Shown: piece by piece, positions 57,385 through 64,000 of the stretch
How the letters are laid out: every line of letters starts with the position of its first letter
How positions within the stretch are numbered: position 1 is the stretch's first letter
Source: an uncultured Hormoscilla sp.
GTDB taxonomy: Bacteria; Cyanobacteriota; Cyanobacteriia; Cyanobacteriales; Desertifilaceae
NCBI GenBank assembly: GCA_963921275.4
Contig: OZ001293.3
Location: 6,464,001-6,528,000 of the forward strand
Reading direction: 5' to 3'
DNA length: 64,000 nucleotides
Made by a program: the position numbers and the translations under genes
The notes under the pieces: model-generated
The model's database searches: none
What the model was told of the DNA's origin: nothing
The model's input: only the letters and a program-made list of their open reading frames with translations

Positions 57385-57860
57385 GGATGGTGCCAGTCAG
57401 GAGGTTGTTGTTCAGGTAGAGCTGAAACAAATTGGAAAGATTCCCTAACTCCGTCGGGATGCTGCCAGTCAGTTGGTTGGAGTCCAGCCAGAGAGATCTC
57501 AAATTGGAAAGATTCCCTAACTCCGTCGGGATGCTGCCAGTCAGTTGGTTGGAGCTCAGCAAGAGAGATCTCAAATTGGAAAGATTCCCTAACTCCGTCG
57601 GGATGCTGCCAGTCAGTTGGTTGGAGCTCAGCAAGAGAAATCCCAAATTGGAAAGATTCCCTAACTCCGTCGGGATGCTGCCAGTCAGTTGGTTGGAGTT
57701 CAGCTCGAGCTCCTCCAAATTGGAAAGATTCCCTAACTCCGTCGGGATGCTGCCAGTCAGTTGGTTGGAGTTCAGCTCGAGCTCCTCCAAATTGGAAAGA
57801 TTCCCTAACTCCGTCGGGATGCTGCCAGTCAGTTGGTTGGAGTTCAGCAGGAGTTCCGTC
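57385..57860 (-). repeat. LRR block 1, 72-bp tandem units
   Basis: about six to seven near-identical units. Confidence 0.95.
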
Positions 57861-59170
57861 ACCCTGTTGTTAGTTACCGTCACCCCATACCAACCATTAA
57901 CAATAGAAGCATCGGGGGGAGTTGAGCTGCTGAAATTCCAGCTAACCCAGCCTGTATTGCTCCTCCAAGAAGCCCCATTGGTGCTTTGATAGAGAGCCCT
58001 TAAGGCCTGATACTCCTGCTGGATGATGATCAAGTTGCGGCGGGTGAATTGGTTACCGAACAGGTCTTCACTGTCCAGTATAACGCCCGACATGATGTCC
58101 GCTGGAGTGGAGCCTCCCCTATTATCAGCGGCGGTATTGCCCGAGAAGGTTACATCTGTGAGGGTCACGGTCGGCAGGCTGCTGGGCATGCCCTGGTTGT
58201 TCCCGTTGATATTGTCAGTAATGTGCAGGGCGAAAATGGCGCCCCCTAGACCTTGGCCGGGGCTCGCCATAAAGCCACCGCCGCCACCTTGAGCGTTATT
58301 GCTGTTAAAGCTGCTGTCCGAAACGCTGAGTTCGCCCGAGCGGATGAATATGGCGGAGCCCATGCCCGCGCCGCCGCCGCCGAAGCCGGCGCGGACGCCG
58401 TTGCCGCCGCCGAAGCCGCCGACGCCGCCGCCGAAGCCGCCGAAGCCGCCGTTGCCGCCGCCGAAGCCGCCGTCGCCGAAACCGCCGTCGCCGCCCGTGC
58501 CGATGAAGCGGCCGCTGCCGCCGTTGCCGCCGAAACCGCCGTCGCCGCCGACGCCGCCGTTGTCCACGCTGCCGGGGTTGCCGTGAGCACGAGGCCGAGG
58601 AGTAAAATTAGCATTACCACCCGTATTATTATTAACGTCGGCATTGCCACCAACGGCCCTATTTCCCTGGAAAGTGCTATCGGTCACCGTGACGATCCCG
58701 TCATGGATAAACAGGGCACCGCCCATGCCTGCTGCCCCGCCGGCGCCATTGCCTCCCTGGGCCCGGCCGTTCATAAAGGTCAGCTCGTTGAAATTGACTG
58801 TACCGTCTAAGACAAAGAACAGCCGGAATTGGTTATTACCATTAATAGTGTTGTCATTCCCATTTATCGTCAGCCCCATGTCTTCGTCAATAAGGGGCAA
58901 CAACCCAGTCAGGGTAATATCTGTCGTGATGTTAATAATATCTGCCTCACCGTTATTACTGGAACTGGTAATGGCATTGGATAGTTCTACTGGTGTGCTG
59001 ACATTAAATGTGGCCATAATTTTTCCTGATGTAAAGGATGATGAACTTTCTTAGGAGTTAGTCTTCTCTACCCAAAATACAGGAGCCGGTGGAAAGCTAG
59101 GGATTGGGGTGAAGACCTTGAATAATTCGATTCTAATCCAGAATAGCACTATTCTAACCATAATAAGTCT

Positions 59171-60041
59171 GTGCGATTCGTTCTAGCCTAACGTGGTCAA
59201 ACACGGAACGCTAGCCCGGTTTCATTAGCCGGGAACTCTGACCGCATGGGGGTTAAATTCCCCTCCCCCCAGGTACGGGGGTGACACCGGTCCTCGGTGC
59301 TACGAAGCGACATCATCGTGGTGCTAAGCGAGGACTCAAATGTAGGATAACTGGCAGCCTAAGCCGGTGACGCCGCTAGGAAAGATATCCAAGGTTAGAG
59401 CAGGCAAACATGTGCAAGCCTCGTTATAAGGAACCAGCGAAATAAGGCTATATGCGCTGGCCTAAAAAGGAAATGGTAGCTAGTATTAGTTTTAGACTCT
59501 GGCTAATATAGTACTCAAATAGCTCCCGGGGTATAGTGTGGACCTAAAGGTATCGCGAAATGTTGTTAGGGAACGAAGTAACCTCTCGTGTGCTGTCCAT
59601 CAGGATAAGTTAGATGTTAAGCGCAAGCCACGGGGGGAGGGATGGCCCAAGAAGCGAATGCCCGGGGTAATTCCTGGGATAACATCTACAGTAATGTAGA
59701 TGATGCTGGGTAGCCAGCGCTGACGTGGGTCGGTGATACTAGGAAGCTGCTGGAATGAGTAATCCTAAAAAGCCACGGAACTAATCCGAAACGCAAGTGG
59801 AGGATAAGGTATGGATAACTGGTAAAACTGACTTGAAAATGGTGATACTAACGGTTATCAGAACAACCACTCGCTAAACCAGGAAAGGGAAGAAAAGACA
59901 GGCGGCAAGGGCTAACGGAAGTAATTCCTATTAAGTCTACCTATGAAAAAGGCCTAGTACCCAGTAGCCGGATGCGGTGAAAATCGCAAGTCCGGTTCCT
60001 CAAGGGAGGGTCGGGAAGCGATTCCCGGCTCGACCCCATCC
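59171..60041 (+). mobile_element. ORF-less group II intron (871 nt), near-identical to 53230-54100
   Basis: GTGCGATTCGTT...DV...CGACCCCATCC; only about six substitutions seen by eye between the two copies. Confidence 0.93.
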
Positions 60042-60155
60042 ATTCCGACCTATTGTAGCGCTATTCTGACCGCAATAAGTATATTCTGACCGAGAATATA
60101 CCTCTTTTGACCTATAATAGCGCTATTCTGACCTATTATAACGCTATTATAGCCA
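60042..60155. repeat. degenerate ~21-nt tandem array (CTATTCTGACC...), continuing at 59130-59170 across the intron
   Basis: repeat phase is restored when the intron is removed. Confidence 0.75.
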
Positions 60156-60491
60156 AAAATCAGCTGATTCTTGGCGCGAATAAGTCAATTACCTCTCATA
60201 TTAAGATTACTTTTGCCAAGAATCAATCAATTTCACATATTTGAGCAAGATTACTCAATACTTTTAACCTCTTTTACTGTAAACCACCGGCGATAAGTCG
60301 GCGAGGGACCACTAGCTAGTAGGGTACTATTAGCCTTGATAACTTTTAGATGATGGTGGAACAGTTGCATGGTAGGATGATACCACGGACTGTTAGAACG
60401 CCTATCCGTCAATTATCAATTGGAAATCTTAAACTAGGCAACGCCATTTTGCTAAGCTATAGATATGCTAACCTATTCTGCGGCGAGAAAG

Positions 60492-60630
60492 ATGACAGGA
60501 GTTTGCAAACTAGAGATTACCGAGACGACTGAAGAGCTGAAAAGCCTGTTACAAAAGCAAAAATACGTTAGTAACTTTCAAAAACTGCAGGCGCTGTATT
60601 TGTTCAAAATCGGTCAGGTGAAGACACTCG
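60492..60630 (+). pseudogene. IS630-family transposase N-terminal remnant
   Basis: MTGVCKLEITETTEELKSLL..QKLQALYL.K resembles cyanobacterial IS630 HTH starts. Confidence 0.6.
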
Positions 60631-60679
60631 CGAAGCTTTTATTCAATACTGGATACGAACTCATATCAACTTAGCCGAT

Positions 60680-63254
60680 GCTTACATAAAGAGGATAGAA
60701 GGAGGCAATTGATGCTTTGAAAAAGTCTTGATAGTTGTTAACAGTCCATCCCCTGTTTGGGCTATGAGTCAAACTAACCTAGCTAGTGCCTATTACTATA
60801 GGATAGAAGGAGACAAAGAAGACAATCTAGAGAAGGCAATCGCTGCGTTAAAAAAGCATTACAAGTTTATACCTATGAAACTATTTTCCAGAAATGGGCA
60901 ATGATTCAAAACAATCTTGGTTTGGTTTACACAGATAAGATTAAACTAAACAAAGCAGATAATCTGGAGAAAGCAATTGAATATTTTCAACAGGCTTTGT
61001 GCGAACCTATACCCGTGAAGACTTTCCCTTAGAGTGGGCAAGGACTAACCACAATCTTGGCATAGCCTACTCGAAAGGAGACCTAGCAAGTAACATAGAA
61101 CAAGGTATTGCTGCCTTCAAACGGTCTTTGCAAGTCCGTATCCGTGAAGCTTTTCCTGAAAATTGGGCAAGGACTCAATTGAATCTTGGCAAGGCCTACT
61201 CAAAAAGGAGCGAAGGCGACAAAGCTGAAAATTTAGAGGAAGCAATTTATGCTTTCCAACAAGGATTACAAATATTCACTCATGAAGCATTTCCTCAAGA
61301 TTGGGCACTTGCCCAAAACAGCCTCGGTCTTGCCTACCAATACAGAATTAAAGGCGATCGAGCTAAAAATATTGAACAGGGTATCTCTGCTTATCAGCAG
61401 ACATTGTCCGTTTACACTCCCGAAGCCGATCCGATCAACTGTCTTCAAACATCTCGCAACTTAGGCAATTTCCACTTCACTGAAGGCAACTGGCAACCCG
61501 CTATCGATGCCTACGAAAAAGCCATAACCGCAGTCGAACTCAGTCACAGTTGGGCAATCAACTATGAACGTCGCGAAGAGATTATAGCAGAAGCAATAAA
61601 AGTTTATCAAAAACTCGTACAAGCCTATATCAATACAGAACAGTGGGATAAAGCGATCAAAACCGTCGAACGCAGCAAAGCCCGCAACCTAGTAGAACTC
61701 CTTGCCAACCGCGACCTCTATCCTAAAGGCGACGTTCCCCAGGAGACGATCGCCGAGTTAGATCGACTGCGACGAAACATTCCATCATTGGAAAGACAGT
61801 TGCAAGTAGCTACAGACCAACTATCGGGAAATAGGGATGACAAACAACGACTTTCATTAGAGGAGTCCCAGAAACGGCTACAGCAAGAATTGTAGTCCTC
61901 ACGGCAGCAGTTAGATGAGGTACTTAATCAAATCAAACCCAGAGACCCCAATTTCATTGTGACTCAGAGGGTGGAACCGATTCCATTTCAGGATATCCAA
62001 CGTCTGACTGACGATCGCACTGCCATAATTGAGTGGTATATTACGTCGGATAATATTCTCACCTTCATTCTTACTGCCAACAGTCGGCATCCTCTAGTTG
62101 AACAAGCCTCTGTTCGAGAACTAGAGGCTTTAGTAAATTTTGTAAAAGCTTATTTTACTGCATACTATCAAAAGGAAAACTAGCAATGGAAAGCTGATTT
62201 AGAATCTCACCTCAAACACTTGGCTGAGATTCTAAATACAGATCGCATCCTAGCCCGGATTGATGAAATTTTTGACAAGCAAGGAGGGAAATGCGATCGC
62301 CTCATACTCATTCCCCATCGCTTTTCACACCTGTTTCCTCTCCATGCTATGCCCCTGGAGAATGGCGATTTACTGTGCGATCGCTTTGAAAGAGGTGTTA
62401 ATTATGCCTCCAGCAGCCAACTGCTACAACTAACTCAAACCCAACAACGCCCTGATTTTCAACGCTTGTTTGCTATTCAAGACCCTGAAGAGAACCTAGC
62501 TTACAGCATCCTGGAAGTTGAAACCATCCGTTCGTTCTTCTCACCCGCAACAGTTTTGGCAATCAAATCTGCCCGGGAAGCAGATGTCAAAACCCATCCA
62601 GAATTATCCCTTGCCCACTGCAATCACTTCTCCTGTCATGGGGAGTTCAACCTAGAATCTCCCCTAAAATCGGCATTGCGTTTAGCAGAAATCAAGCAGT
62701 CAGACTCGGGATCCTCAGAAGATGGATACCTCACCTTAGCAGAAATCTTTGCCCTCAACCTGAAGAAATCTCGTCTTGTTACCCTCTCCGCCTGCGAAAC
62801 AGGCATGGCAGACCCCAACAGCATTAGTGATGAATACATCAGTCTGTCCAGTGGCTTCTTGTTTGCCGGGAGTCCCAGCGTAGTCAACGGTCTGTGGATA
62901 GCAGATGATTTTTCCACATCTTTGCTAATGATGAAATTCTACGAAAACCTGCAACAGTTTCCCCAACGAGAAGCTGGAACAGTCGCCCTCGCCCTCAACC
63001 AAGCCCAAAAATGGTTGCGAAATTTAACCAGCGAAGATTGCGAAACATATCTCAACTCCCTAGAACCGCAATGGGATTCTATTATTGCCAACCTACAAAA
63101 AAAAGAAGGAAAGCGAGTCAAAGCCGCAATAAAAGGGGCACGCAAGCAAATACTCGAACGTCGCCCCCATCCTTTTGCTAATCCCTACTATTGGCGGCTT
63201 TCACCGCTACTGGATTTTAGGATTCATCATCCGTGGCATTGCAGAAACTTTTGA
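60680..63254 (+). pseudogene. TPR plus CHAT (caspase-like) domain protein, fragmented
   Basis: FP..WA.TQ.NLG.AY TPRs, VERSKARNL, HFSCHG, LVTLSACETG; several stops and frameshifts. Confidence 0.9.
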
Positions 63255-63597
63255 CTCCAATCTTGACTATATAAATAGCTACCGGAGTCGCCAATGCTGC
63301 GGGCAAATTACCAGAGGCAGCTAGAGATGCAACCAAAGCGGTAACTACTCCCGCAAGTAGATCGTCTCTAAATTCATCTTGACAAACTATATTGCGGCAC
63401 CGCTGGGATAAATCTTCCAACCAACCCTCTGCTCGACTTTTTTCGATTCCCGCTTCCAAAGCTATAATTTCAGTTGCATACTCCAAATCTCCTTCATCAT
63501 CTGCTATCTCATCAAGGGCAGCCAAAGGCTCTAGATAATCTGCCAATTGAGAACGAAAATTCTCAATTTCTTCTGGCGTAACTACGATCTTGTTCAT
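63217..63597 (-). CDS. hypothetical protein
   Basis: 126-aa ORF, acidic N-terminus, hydrophobic C-terminus ending IVKIGVKSFC. Confidence 0.7.
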   Translation of the reverse strand: MNKIVVTPEEIENFRSQLADYLEPLAALDEIADDEGDLEYATEIIALEAGIEKSRAEGWLEDLSQRCRNIVCQDEFRDDLLAGVVTALVASLAASGNLPAALATPVAIYIVKIGVKSFCNATDDES

Positions 63598-64000
63598 CGA
63601 TCAACTTTTGAGAATTCAAGTGGTCTGTTGAGATTATAGCATCCAACTGTATAATCTTAGCATAAAAGTAAGCGGCTGTAACCGCCTTCGAGTTCGAGAG
63701 GAATTACCAGTAGCCCTCTGCTCTTTTTCTGCCTGTCAGCCAATAGGTAGTCATGTAGCCCTGACTCGAAAGATCCCAGAAACTCGGTAAGTTAAGAGTT
63801 ACCGGGTTTCTCATATCCCACAAATTATTTTTTGCGATCGGGGGGCGATCGGGGTTCGGTGGGTGCTATACTTGGGAAGACACGCGCAGTCGGTGAATAG
63901 ATAATTGCGGAAATATACTCCGAACAGTCACCGAACTGCGCCAAAGGATAACTCCCATGCGATCGCCCCCCGGTCGCGTTCAGACCAGAAAAAAAGCGCA

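Larger units (their letters stand above)
54850..59017 (-). pseudogene. large surface protein, [Gly-rich beta-helix - LRR - Ig-like - cadherin] x2; nonsense codon at 56420 and 3'-truncated
   Basis: ORFs 56420-59017 and 54734-56320 share a frame; the TAG aligns with CAG in module 1; plant-type LRR LTGSIPTELGNLSNL. Confidence 0.88.

Noticed and set aside
55303..57860. 72-bp periodic repeats as a CRISPR array
   Set aside because: They are in-frame LRR codons with only ~22 partly variable nt, and no cas genes are present.
55948..58810. Ala-rich and Pro-rich ORFs in alternative frames
   Set aside because: They are shadows of the GGC-rich glycine tracts and LRRs of the real minus-strand gene.
53041..60041. 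complete diversity-generating retroelement or retron
   Set aside because: There is no reverse transcriptase ORF or template repeat in the window, and adenines in the LRR framework are invariant.

Overview
A cyanobacterial chromosome segment. HIP1 (GCGATCGC) is frequent and heptamer tandem repeats are present, which fits a filamentous Oscillatoriales-like genome. It is heavily eroded, with many nonsense, frameshift and deletion pseudogenes; this could reflect a host-associated lifestyle or, in part, assembly error. Intact housekeeping genes include the queA 3' end, dnaG, tftA, dps, petF, bvdR and gcvT/gcvH/gcvP. Main points of interest: (1) an AT-rich gene inserted between gcvH and gcvP encoding a SAMD9-like AlbA_2-SIR2-STAND NTPase-TPR-OB protein (Avs9-type antiviral candidate), broken by two lesions flanking its P-loop and followed by an attC-like site; (2) a family of ~45-bp palindromic mini-elements with co-varying arms that insert in frame into proteins and repeatedly into their own loop; (3) three ORF-less group II introns, two near-identical and apparently ending in a non-canonical CC; (4) a large, internally duplicated surface-protein gene whose 72-bp LRR units are nearly identical in DNA except at five exposed codons. 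An intact IS5-family element, MITEs and REP-like repeats are also present.
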